Below, one piece after another: positions 19,355 to 28,321 of a stretch of DNA of 53,576 nucleotides. The stretch's first letter is position 1. Each line of letters opens with the position of its first letter. A program made the translations under genes and the position numbers. The notes beneath the pieces are model-generated. The model did no database searches. It was not told the origin of the DNA and saw only the letters and a program-made list of their open reading frames with translations. Origin of the DNA: a virus (Duplodnaviria; Heunggongvirae; Uroviricota; Caudoviricetes); IMG/VR virus record IMGVR_UViG_3300028048_001599; one strand, written 5' to 3'.

Positions 19355-19450
19355 GTCGGTGGAATTTGGTAAATTATTCCAATTTTTGATTAGTACTTGA
19401 ATAAATACCAAAATTTTAATATGTAAGTCAAATTTCGAGGACGTGAAAAT

Positions 19451-20413
19451 ATGATTAAACCAATAGGTATTTCTAAGTATTCTCACTACACAATATCGGA
19501 AGATGGTGTAGTAATGAAAGGGGGTAGGACTTTAAAAAGTTATAAGGATACATATAAAGATGTTATGCTTATATGTTTGAGAAGCTCAATAACGAATAGA
19601 CCATCTCCTTGTAGACTTGGTTATATTGTCGCAAAGACATTTATTGATAATCCTAATAATTATAAATATGTAATGCACAAGGATGGGAATTTTCGGAACA
19701 ATTCAGCGAGTAATCTTGAATGGACAAATATATCACCGCAGTGTAATAAAGAAAAGAATATAGCAAAAACTCCTGTAACTGTAACAAATTTGAGAACACT
19801 TGAGGTACTTGATTTTTCAAGTGTCTATGTTGGTGCTAAATACTTATGTAGGTCATATAGTATCAAGGAACGTTCGATGTACGGTCACTTAAATAATAGA
19901 TTGTTGAAAAATAAGTACTGGGTGTATAAAGATTACCTCATAACATATAAGGGGGTAACTCCTGACGTTCCTGATGACTTTAATTTAATCAATTATAAAC
20001 TGGAAAATGAGGTATTAACTGAAAATATCACAAGGTCAATACTTCGTCGTTTTGTATTGAATGGTAAAATTAATTTTATAACCGTTTGTGGTGTTAGATA
20101 TTACTCAGTAAAAGAACTGACTGCTTTTTTCAATTCTGACTGTTATAAAAAATATTTCGGTATTAGTGATATTCCAATATATAATGGTAGCAGAATAAAA
20201 GACACGATGAAGCCTGTGGTTCTTACAAACATAATAACGAATAAATCTTATTCTTTTTCGTCACTAACAGCAGCTTCGGAATACTTGATAAACATATATA
20301 ATACAGCAAAGATTGAAACAATACAGCAATCTTTAAGTAGAGCACTTAGGCTAAACAAACCAAAATACAAAGGATTTTATATTAACAAACAGGAAGTGAA
20401 AAATAATGGTTGA
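19451..20413 (+). CDS. HNH homing-endonuclease-like protein with NUMOD/IENR-type repeats
   Basis: VMHKDGNFRNNSASNLEW; repeated PVTVTN/PVVLTN..FSS helical modules. Confidence 0.75.
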   Translation: MIKPIGISKYSHYTISEDGVVMKGGRTLKSYKDTYKDVMLICLRSSITNRPSPCRLGYIVAKTFIDNPNNYKYVMHKDGNFRNNSASNLEWTNISPQCNKEKNIAKTPVTVTNLRTLEVLDFSSVYVGAKYLCRSYSIKERSMYGHLNNRLLKNKYWVYKDYLITYKGVTPDVPDDFNLINYKLENEVLTENITRSILRRFVLNGKINFITVCGVRYYSVKELTAFFNSDCYKKYFGISDIPIYNGSRIKDTMKPVVLTNIITNKSYSFSSLTAASEYLINIYNTAKIETIQQSLSRALRLNKPKYKGFYINKQEVKNNG

Positions 20414-21803
20414 AATTGTATCTGTACCTATTAAGGGTTGCGAAAATTACAAGATTTCCTCAGATGGAAAGGTATTCAATAAGTTAGGCAAAGAGTTAAA
20501 ACAGGAGTTGAACCCAGATGGAAGTTTGAACATCTGTATTACAAAGAATATAGACGGTGTTCGTATTCAAACTCATTTATCTGTGGCTCGTCTTGTTGCT
20601 TTAGCTTTTCTACCTATGGATAAAGAATACCGTTTCGTAAGACATAAGGACGGTAACAAGAAAAATAATAACGTAAATAATATTGAATGGGTTACTGACA
20701 AACGTAAACAGGAAAACCCCAATCAGTCGAGGGCATCTGAAGTTCTTGTAATGAACATGTATACGGGTGAAACTCAGAGGTTAGTAAGTATTACAGCATT
20801 TGCTCGTTTTATGGCAATGAAGTATCCTGAAAAGACAGAGACTCAGCACTTGCGTTCAATAAATCATTATTTGTCATTCAAACCGAGATTTGTTATTTAC
20901 TATGAATATAAGTTAAACGTGACAGTAATAAAATTAACCGATGAGGAAATATCTTACAACTTTAATGATTATATAGGTACAGATGAAGCTATAAAGATAT
21001 TGGGGGTATCGAGACCTCATTTTAAGAATATTGTTTTACGTTATAATATTCGGTCATTTTCTCAGAAGTCAACATTTTGGTATCATAAAGATGACCTTAA
21101 AAAAGCTGCTCAGGATATTTTTGTTTTGAATAATTACATTTATTATAAATCGGATTATAACTTTAATATAATACCGGAAAATTCAGAAAAGAAATACGGT
21201 GCAAAGTCTGTTATGCTAAACAATAGAATGACTGGTGATGTAATATTTTTTAATTCACTAACTGATTGTGCAACGTACATATGTGCGGTATCAGAAAAAC
21301 TTGATACGGACAAACTTACTGTAGAGCATATGTTGCAGAGTTTAAGTAAAAAGTTATCACAGGGTAATCATAGTTACAAGTTCTTTGAAATCAGCTTCAC
21401 ATCTGATAGTGTAGTGAAGAAGGCAAATAAGGCAAATAAGACAAATAAGGTAGAAACAGTAAATAAAGCATCTTACAAACCTAATTCTGCTGATTATGTC
21501 CTTATGTCAACAATTGACAGTACAGACAAACAAAAAGAAAACCTTAAGAAAGCTATATTAGGAAACATTAATGTATTTCCGTTTCCTAATGAAATCAAGG
21601 TATCAGACGTGTACTCATTACCTGCTGTAGCTGAAATTTTAAAACTTCCGTATAGTACAGTGTCAGCGATGTCAAGATTTGGGGTATTTCCTACTTACAT
21701 AAAAGACAGAAGTGCTAAAATTCGTTATATTAAATATAACGATTTAATTAATTTCTTAAAAAATGTAAGGAAAAACAGAGGGGAAGTATTAGAAATTACA
21801 TAA
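20406..21803 (+). CDS. NUMOD4-HNH protein with two excisionase-like HTH modules
   Basis: IKGCENYKISSDGKV; VRHKDGNKKNNNVNNIEW; IGTDEAIKILGVSR and YSLPAVAEILKLPYSTV. Confidence 0.75.
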   Translation: MVEIVSVPIKGCENYKISSDGKVFNKLGKELKQELNPDGSLNICITKNIDGVRIQTHLSVARLVALAFLPMDKEYRFVRHKDGNKKNNNVNNIEWVTDKRKQENPNQSRASEVLVMNMYTGETQRLVSITAFARFMAMKYPEKTETQHLRSINHYLSFKPRFVIYYEYKLNVTVIKLTDEEISYNFNDYIGTDEAIKILGVSRPHFKNIVLRYNIRSFSQKSTFWYHKDDLKKAAQDIFVLNNYIYYKSDYNFNIIPENSEKKYGAKSVMLNNRMTGDVIFFNSLTDCATYICAVSEKLDTDKLTVEHMLQSLSKKLSQGNHSYKFFEISFTSDSVVKKANKANKTNKVETVNKASYKPNSADYVLMSTIDSTDKQKENLKKAILGNINVFPFPNEIKVSDVYSLPAVAEILKLPYSTVSAMSRFGVFPTYIKDRSAKIRYIKYNDLINFLKNVRKNRGEVLEIT

Positions 21804-21875
21804 TTTAACAATTCAAGTATATACTTAATTACGGTTTCTGGTATGAAATAAAAATAAAAAATTTATCACCTGTTA

Positions 21876-21904
21876 TTGACAATTTCGGACAAATATGTTA
21901 TAAT
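21876..21904 (+). promoter_or_regulatory. SigA-type promoter
   Basis: TTGACA-17 bp-TATAAT, TG extension. Confidence 0.85.
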
Positions 21905-21942
21905 ATTAGTAGTTAGAAATCAAGTCAGAAAGGATGGTAAAT

Positions 21943-22680
21943 ATGAAGACTTTTTCAATTAGTGAATTATCGATGTCAGTTAACGGTGAATTTGGTGACT
22001 TGTTGTATATAATAGGTATAGGTTCGAGTTCCAACAAATATGTATGGCACTTAGCTAATGACGGGGTATCAGACTTCAAGGCAGTATATCCGGTTTTTGG
22101 TAGAGATGCTAATAACTTTGTGATTCTTAGGCTTTACAAATGTATTGACATGACAATAGGTTACTCCTATCAGACACGATTTCTTGGTCAAGTGACAGTA
22201 GAACGGGGTTCAGCACAGCTATCAATCATGGACGACATTAAATCTTGTAACGACCTTATCGAACTGTACAAAGAAATCAACTCAAGCACCAAAAAGGATA
22301 AGTCGTGGTTGGAGTCATCAAGGAACAGGGACATGTCAGACGTTATTGACACTCTTGAATATTGGGACAAAAGTAAGTCACTGCTCAGTGTAACTTATGG
22401 TGAAGATGAGGACTGTATGGAGCTTGACCCAAATACAGCGAATGTAAGTATCGTAACACGTGAACTTACTCAGTGGTTGAAAAGAAAAGAGGGGTACGAC
22501 TTCCGAATAGTAAATACTTTGAAGAATCCGTATGATGACGGTCGTGATATTGAAAACTCAAAGATACGACTTTATAAGGATATGTATACTAAAGAGTACG
22601 TATATGAAATTTGTATTGATTACGATATATCACCTATTATGTTAGGTATCTTGGATTTAATCAAGACTTTGAGTGAGTAA
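21943..22680 (+). CDS. Hypothetical protein
   Basis: AGAAAGGA RBS; bounded by promoter and terminator. Confidence 0.75.
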   Translation: MKTFSISELSMSVNGEFGDLLYIIGIGSSSNKYVWHLANDGVSDFKAVYPVFGRDANNFVILRLYKCIDMTIGYSYQTRFLGQVTVERGSAQLSIMDDIKSCNDLIELYKEINSSTKKDKSWLESSRNRDMSDVIDTLEYWDKSKSLLSVTYGEDEDCMELDPNTANVSIVTRELTQWLKRKEGYDFRIVNTLKNPYDDGRDIENSKIRLYKDMYTKEYVYEICIDYDISPIMLGILDLIKTLSE

Positions 22681-22685
22681 TAATT

Positions 22686-22718
22686 AAAAATGTGGTGTAA
22701 AGGCACACCGCATTTTTT
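22686..22718 (+). terminator. Intrinsic terminator
   Basis: AAAAATGTGGTGT / ACACCGCATTTTT. Confidence 0.75.
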
Positions 22719-22781
22719 GTAATACTTAATAATGCACCAAAAGTTTAAAATACAGAAATGAAAAAGAAAGGCGGTCATATT

Positions 22782-23669
22782 ATGGCTATTAAAGACATGG
22801 ATGTAGGTACATCATTTAAAGGTAAAGCTCTTTGCACAAAAGCGGAAATTATCGCTTGTAGCAACGGAAAGAACGCACTCTTTATGGAGATGCAAACAAG
22901 AGACGATAGTTTTACAGCTAAACAGTGGGATGTTGGTTCTGGAACAACTGCTGATACATTCAGTGGTAAGGTTGTAAGCATTGACGGTATCGTAAATGTG
23001 TATAAGGGGGTAAACGAAATCAAGGCTTACACGGTCACAGCTACATCTGACGATGCCGCACTTTATGTAAGAACACTTGACCTTGATAGTCTTGCGAGGG
23101 ACTTTATGGGTTTCCTCAAAACTCACATATCTAATGAGTACTATGAGGCACTCAAGATAATTTTCGGTTCAATTGATTTTGAGAAGTTTGTAAGGGGGTA
23201 CGCAGCTACAAGTCATCATGATAACGTAAGTGGTGGTCTTATTAACCACACACTGAAAATGCTAAACATTGCTGAAACTGTTCTCAAAAATCTACCTGAG
23301 CTTGAATTTATGAAGGATAACATTTACATGGGCATTGTTGTTCATGATATCGGTAAGATTGATTGTTACACTTCAACAGGGTCAGTTGATACTCTCAATT
23401 ATGTTGACCACAAGGCTCTTGGTATTGAGAAGATGGCTCAGCTTAAGTTACAGTTGCTCAAGCATATATCTGAGGATGACTATTATCAGCTTCTTGCTAT
23501 TATTCTTGGTCACCATGGTGAGTTTGGTGAATCTTGTCACACTGTTGCAACACAGATTATTCACTATATCGACATGCTTGATTCTCAGACCACAGGTCTT
23601 GTTCAGCTTATGAAACAGGTAAATTATAGTGGTGATATTAAGTTTGATGGAAGATACTTACATATCTGA
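22782..23669 (+). CDS. YhaM/Cbf1-like OB-fold + HD-domain 3'-5' nuclease
   Basis: N-terminal OB pattern (AKQWD...GIVNVYKG), AATSHHD..GGLINHT, VHDIGK, ILGHHG, IHYIDMLD. Confidence 0.85.
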   Translation: MAIKDMDVGTSFKGKALCTKAEIIACSNGKNALFMEMQTRDDSFTAKQWDVGSGTTADTFSGKVVSIDGIVNVYKGVNEIKAYTVTATSDDAALYVRTLDLDSLARDFMGFLKTHISNEYYEALKIIFGSIDFEKFVRGYAATSHHDNVSGGLINHTLKMLNIAETVLKNLPELEFMKDNIYMGIVVHDIGKIDCYTSTGSVDTLNYVDHKALGIEKMAQLKLQLLKHISEDDYYQLLAIILGHHGEFGESCHTVATQIIHYIDMLDSQTTGLVQLMKQVNYSGDIKFDGRYLHI

Positions 23670-23695
23670 TTTGTTTAAAAAGAGGGAATGTAAAA

Positions 23696-26600
23696 ATGGA
23701 TACACGATTTGTAGATTTGATAACTACATCTTCTATGATGAATCAATACACAATTCCAGATACCACCTACCTGCTTCATCTTGAGGAGCAGGTAGATGAT
23801 GCTATAATTGGACGTGAAATAGCCCCCGAATGTGGGGTATATAAAGCGAGATTGTATCTTGGAAAATTTGACAAAGCAAAATTGAGAAGCAACGTAAGTA
23901 ATGATTCTTTTCGTACTTCAATAGATAAGATGGACGTTTATCATTATCTTTACGGTTCAATTTTTATTATACTTAGAAATGATGATGTGCGTATGGCACG
24001 TGAAAACTGGTTATTTGAGGCTCATGGTAGGCTGAGTAGGATTGGAAATAATAAGTGTATTTTCTATCTCACAAAATGGCATAATACAAGTACAAAGGAA
24101 AAACCCTCTTGGACTCCTGGAGGGGTAGTTTCTCACCCACCTGAATCATTCAAACCATTGAATGATGAAATCAAGAAAACCATTGAAACTCAAATACTTC
24201 AACAACCTAAAAGACCGGCAATACTTCAGGAAGTGGGTGTAGAAATTCAGAATCCGAGGATGATGCATGTAATCACTGCACCTGAATATGTACCTGAGCC
24301 ACTTGGTGAATTGGGGGTATCTAAAGCGAACGAAAGAGTACGAAATATTGTACCACCTGCATCTGATATGCCACCCAATATAGAACGAGGGAATGTAGGT
24401 AAACAGTGGCGTGAAGAACTTGTTAAGAAGGAATCAACCGATGTTAATCGTTCTGAAATATTATATGTGCGGCATGAACTTATAGAAAAGGCAAATGACA
24501 TTGAAGAGAGACAGAGTCAAATAGTGGATTACATTACTGAAAAATGTATTGTACAGAGTTTTGATGATACTCTAATCGAGAAACTGTACCTCAATATAGG
24601 TACACGAATAAGCGAGTACTGGGGTAAGCAACCTGAAGTTGGTGTAGGTTTCACTGGTAAAGCTTTATTCAAGGAGGCTTTATCGAAAGCAGTTGAAACA
24701 GACGATGATGCTAAAAGGGTATCTCGGTTATTTGACATGTACGGGTATTCTCCTGACATTGTTGAAATCTGGATGCATAATTCTATGGATGATGTTGACG
24801 GTAATCCGGTTCTTCAGTTATTGACTAAATATCGTACAAATATACTATATAAGATTTACGAAACAGTGCTTCAGTTAAATTGTGACCTTGAAAAAGTAGA
24901 CAATTGTTGTAGGGGGTATGGTTACTCTGTTTTTGAAATGATGACTGTATCACCTTATCGAATAGGTATAGCTGCATCTATATCAGTTAAAGACCTTGAC
25001 AAGTTGGCTATGGTTTCAAGATTATTTGATAAACCTGAACAGTTATCAGACCGTAGTGTAGCGTATTATCACGAGTATTTGACCGATGAAAACCTCATGG
25101 AGGGGTCTACGATAATGGCTGAACAGCAGGCACGTATAAAAGTAAGGGCAGGTTACCATTTGTCTAAGGCTGAATATACGAGGTTAATGCAGACAAACGC
25201 TCAGAGGGGTATTTACTTCGATTATAATTTAACTGTAAATATGCGTTGTTATTTTGGGTTATACGACATGGATATGTCGCTTCCGTTGTCAGGTTGGAAG
25301 GAAAGCTACAAGGATTGTTATTTACAGTCTGTAAATGCCTTTGATACATATATCCAGAGGGGTATCGGTGTTAAGGTTGTTTTAGATAAACCTTATATAA
25401 TTGATTTTAACTTGTTCAAAAAAGAGATTTACATATATGAAAAATTAAATCGAATGTCTGCACCAATACCGTCAATAGAAGATATAGATGTGTATATAGA
25501 CAGGTTTGAGCTATCACAGGGTTCAAATTTCAAGTTGGAGGAACGTCAGCGTCAGGCAATAAAGCAATGTTTCATTTCCAACAACGCAATAAATGTAATC
25601 ACAGGAGGGGCTGGTTCAGGTAAAACCACATTGATAAAAGCCATCGTATATGTATATACTACAGCCCTGGGGTATTCGATTGATGTTACCGATGAAAACA
25701 ATAATCCTGACATTGTTTTTGTAGCACCAACAGGTAAAGCCGCAAACCGTATATATGAAAGCACAGGTTTTCCTGCAAGAACTATACATTCAAGGTTTAA
25801 GATTGGTCTTACTGATGTTGATTCGTATGATACTCAATTCAAGGTTTTGTTTTGCGATGAATGTTCAATGATTAACCTTGACGTGATGTATCAGATGCTA
25901 AAGAAAGTTCCTGACGATGCACGTATAGTATTCAGTGGTGACATTAACCAGTTAGTACCTATAGGTTTCGGTCAGTGTTTTGCGGACATAATCAATTTTG
26001 CACCTGTAACAACTCTTAATGTAATGAAAAGAGCTGAAGGTACGTCGCTTATAGCGAAAAACGCAAAACGACTTGTATCGGGGTATGAAGCACTTTCAGT
26101 AGGTAATGATTTCAGGATTTCAAACGTTGCCAACTTTAAAAATGCTATATCTGAAACGATAACTTCTCTTACATCTAAGGGTGCAGATATTGACGATATT
26201 CAGGTTATCAGTCCTGTAGCAACAGATAAGTACGACTGGGGTACTTCAAAAATGAATGTATTTCTTCAGGATTTACTTAATCATGATGTCCCTATCACTC
26301 ATAAAATTCATCAACGTAGGTACAAGGATTGTTATGACACATTTCAAGTAGGCGACCGTGTAATTCAGACGAAGAACAATGCTGAGATTATCCAGTACAT
26401 AGTAACGGACAATCAATATGTTGAAGTAGGTCAAGGGGTATTGAATGGTGATATTGGAAAAATCAGGAAAATTTTAACATCTGAAGAAATGTATAAGGTA
26501 ACTGGGGATGACTATTTGTTAAAACAGTGTGAGGACCCTAATACAATATTTGTTGATGTTGAATATACAGTAGCCGGTAGTTCTTATTCAATAATTTATA

Positions 26601-26929
26601 CTACAAAAACAACGAATCCAGACGGTAGACCTACATACAATGGTTATGAAACATCAGGTGGGAATGTATCTCAGATACAGTTGGGGTACGCCATCACAGT
26701 TCATAAAATGCAGGGTTCTCAGTCAAAACATATAATACTTTTGTGGTATCCTATGAGAAGGAAGGATTTTCTTAGTCGTAACATGTTATATACAGCAATC
26801 ACAAGGGCAGAGAAAGATGTTACCATATTTGGTGATGATTTTGCGATTGAGAGTGCAAGGCATATCGTAAGTAATGATGCGAGAACTACATATTTGAAAC
26901 TGTACTTTAAGCATTCAATTGATACATGA
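23696..26929 (+). CDS. recD2: RecD2-like SF1B helicase with long N-terminal extension
   Basis: TGGAGSGKT, APTGKAA, DECSM, GDINQL, GYAITVHKMQGSQ, MLYTAITRA. Confidence 0.9.
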   Translation: MDTRFVDLITTSSMMNQYTIPDTTYLLHLEEQVDDAIIGREIAPECGVYKARLYLGKFDKAKLRSNVSNDSFRTSIDKMDVYHYLYGSIFIILRNDDVRMARENWLFEAHGRLSRIGNNKCIFYLTKWHNTSTKEKPSWTPGGVVSHPPESFKPLNDEIKKTIETQILQQPKRPAILQEVGVEIQNPRMMHVITAPEYVPEPLGELGVSKANERVRNIVPPASDMPPNIERGNVGKQWREELVKKESTDVNRSEILYVRHELIEKANDIEERQSQIVDYITEKCIVQSFDDTLIEKLYLNIGTRISEYWGKQPEVGVGFTGKALFKEALSKAVETDDDAKRVSRLFDMYGYSPDIVEIWMHNSMDDVDGNPVLQLLTKYRTNILYKIYETVLQLNCDLEKVDNCCRGYGYSVFEMMTVSPYRIGIAASISVKDLDKLAMVSRLFDKPEQLSDRSVAYYHEYLTDENLMEGSTIMAEQQARIKVRAGYHLSKAEYTRLMQTNAQRGIYFDYNLTVNMRCYFGLYDMDMSLPLSGWKESYKDCYLQSVNAFDTYIQRGIGVKVVLDKPYIIDFNLFKKEIYIYEKLNRMSAPIPSIEDIDVYIDRFELSQGSNFKLEERQRQAIKQCFISNNAINVITGGAGSGKTTLIKAIVYVYTTALGYSIDVTDENNNPDIVFVAPTGKAANRIYESTGFPARTIHSRFKIGLTDVDSYDTQFKVLFCDECSMINLDVMYQMLKKVPDDARIVFSGDINQLVPIGFGQCFADIINFAPVTTLNVMKRAEGTSLIAKNAKRLVSGYEALSVGNDFRISNVANFKNAISETITSLTSKGADIDDIQVISPVATDKYDWGTSKMNVFLQDLLNHDVPITHKIHQRRYKDCYDTFQVGDRVIQTKNNAEIIQYIVTDNQYVEVGQGVLNGDIGKIRKILTSEEMYKVTGDDYLLKQCEDPNTIFVDVEYTVAGSSYSIIYTTKTTNPDGRPTYNGYETSGGNVSQIQLGYAITVHKMQGSQSKHIILLWYPMRRKDFLSRNMLYTAITRAEKDVTIFGDDFAIESARHIVSNDARTTYLKLYFKHSIDT

Positions 26930-27088
26930 AAACGTACCTAAAGATTAATAGGTGTAATCAAAAAGTGTTATATTTTAGTTAATGCTTAATGTGGCTATTT
27001 ATTAAGTTTAGCGAAATATCGGTGTTAAATAGTATTAAATACTTGATTGATTATTCGTACATGAAAATGTACCAAAAGATTAGTAAGT
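26923..27088 (+). repeat. Two 31-bp imperfect direct repeats, 135 bp apart
   Basis: TACATGAAAACGTACCTAAAGATTAATAGGT (26923) vs TACATGAAAATGTACCAAAAGATTAGTAAGT (27058). Confidence 0.8.
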
Positions 27089-27197
27089 ATAAACGGAAAA
27101 AGTTTATCAGTCAAAGTAGGGGGTTTCCATTCCTGCACTCCTTACTTATGTAGAGTACAAGAAAGGTTTTCATTCATTTTTATTTTCTCTTTTGCAT

Positions 27198-27364
27198 GGG
27201 GTGGTACTCCAACCACCCCGCTCACATGAATATATCGCCTTTCATTTTTATAAACTGGTCGGGTGGTTGTTTCCACCCACCCGACCACTCGAATGAGTTT
27301 ATCATTATGTACTCAATCTGATTGAATACATAATGATGGATTCAAGTAACTTCCATTAGGTTAC
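27198..27364. ncRNA. Cluster of hairpins: candidate structured RNA or ssDNA signal
   Basis: 8-bp GC stem 27198-27219, 11-bp stem 27256-27287, ~16-bp stem 27301-27337, 5-bp stem 27346-27364. Confidence 0.45.
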
Positions 27365-27395
27365 AAAATCTATCAAACCTAAAGTTGGTGAAATT

Positions 27396-28205
27396 ATGAA
27401 CATGGTCGAAAGGTACAAAGAGATATGTAGAGTTCAGGATTTACTCACTGAATGGTTCGATAAAATAACTCCAGTTTTCAGCACAGACGATGTAATACTC
27501 GACTGTATGATTTTAAGGGGTTACGAATCTGAGGAAATGTATAACCGACTCAAAGATATCAAACTGTTCAAAATTGACGATATTGATTCAGCTAATCTAA
27601 TTCATTCTGTTAGTGAAGAAGATTACGAGTTGATGGGATTAAAAAAGAACGGTACATACCTTTTAAGTGGACGGTACTGTGTTCCAATTAGGACAATAGA
27701 TAACAAAGTCAGTGCTATTGTAGGTTACTTTCCCGACCAAAGAAAGTATGTAACGACACCAACGGTAGGGTTCAGTAAGAATACTTCTCTATTTGGGGTA
27801 GAACATTCTGAATATTTTGATGCTCCTTATGTGTGTTTGTGTGAGGGTATCTTTGATACCTTATCATTACAAGCTTACGGGTTTCCGGCACTCGGCAATC
27901 AGGGTTTAGGTTTATCTGTTTACAAATCCGAAATGCTAAAAAGGTATAAGAAGATTGTAGCAATACCTGACGGTGATAAAGCTGGGGCTACTGCAAATCC
28001 TTATAAAGCACATTCAACTGGTAGAAAGACAAATAGTTGGAATATTCCCTTTGACAATAGTGTATTCATTGACTTATCGGTTTTATATCAGTTGGGGGTA
28101 AAAGATGTCGATGACTACTTCAAGAGAGGGGTATCTGCTGAGCAAATCAAAGACTTGGACAACATCTTCAAGTCGAGTCGCTATATGTTTACTTTAAAAG
28201 AGTAA
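27396..28205 (+). CDS. DnaG-like primase catalytic/TOPRIM domain, no zinc-binding domain
   Basis: GRYCVPIR, LCEGIFDTLSL, IPDGDKAG, KDVDDY. Confidence 0.82.
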   Translation: MNMVERYKEICRVQDLLTEWFDKITPVFSTDDVILDCMILRGYESEEMYNRLKDIKLFKIDDIDSANLIHSVSEEDYELMGLKKNGTYLLSGRYCVPIRTIDNKVSAIVGYFPDQRKYVTTPTVGFSKNTSLFGVEHSEYFDAPYVCLCEGIFDTLSLQAYGFPALGNQGLGLSVYKSEMLKRYKKIVAIPDGDKAGATANPYKAHSTGRKTNSWNIPFDNSVFIDLSVLYQLGVKDVDDYFKRGVSAEQIKDLDNIFKSSRYMFTLKE

Positions 28206-28296
28206 AGATGTTAAGATGTTAAGACGCTAAGACGCTAAGACGCTAAGACGCTAAGACGCTAAGAAAAAACAAGACGCTAAAAATGCTAAAAATGCT
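28205..28296 (+). repeat. 8-bp tandem array (AAGACGCT family)
   Basis: AAGATGTT x2, AAGACGCT x5, gap, AAGACGCT, AAAAATGCT x2. Confidence 0.92.
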
Positions 28297-28321
28297 AACA
28301 AAGAAAGATGAGGTAAACGTT

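Noticed and set aside
22021-22032. GGTTCGAGTTCC as a tRNA T-arm
   Set aside because: T-stem does not pair, there is no cloverleaf upstream, and it lies inside a CDS; no tRNA or rRNA was recognised in the window
23696-26929. Intein or intron explaining the long RecD2
   Set aside because: Extra length is N-terminal; no intein splice motifs or LAGLIDADG seen; helicase motifs are contiguous
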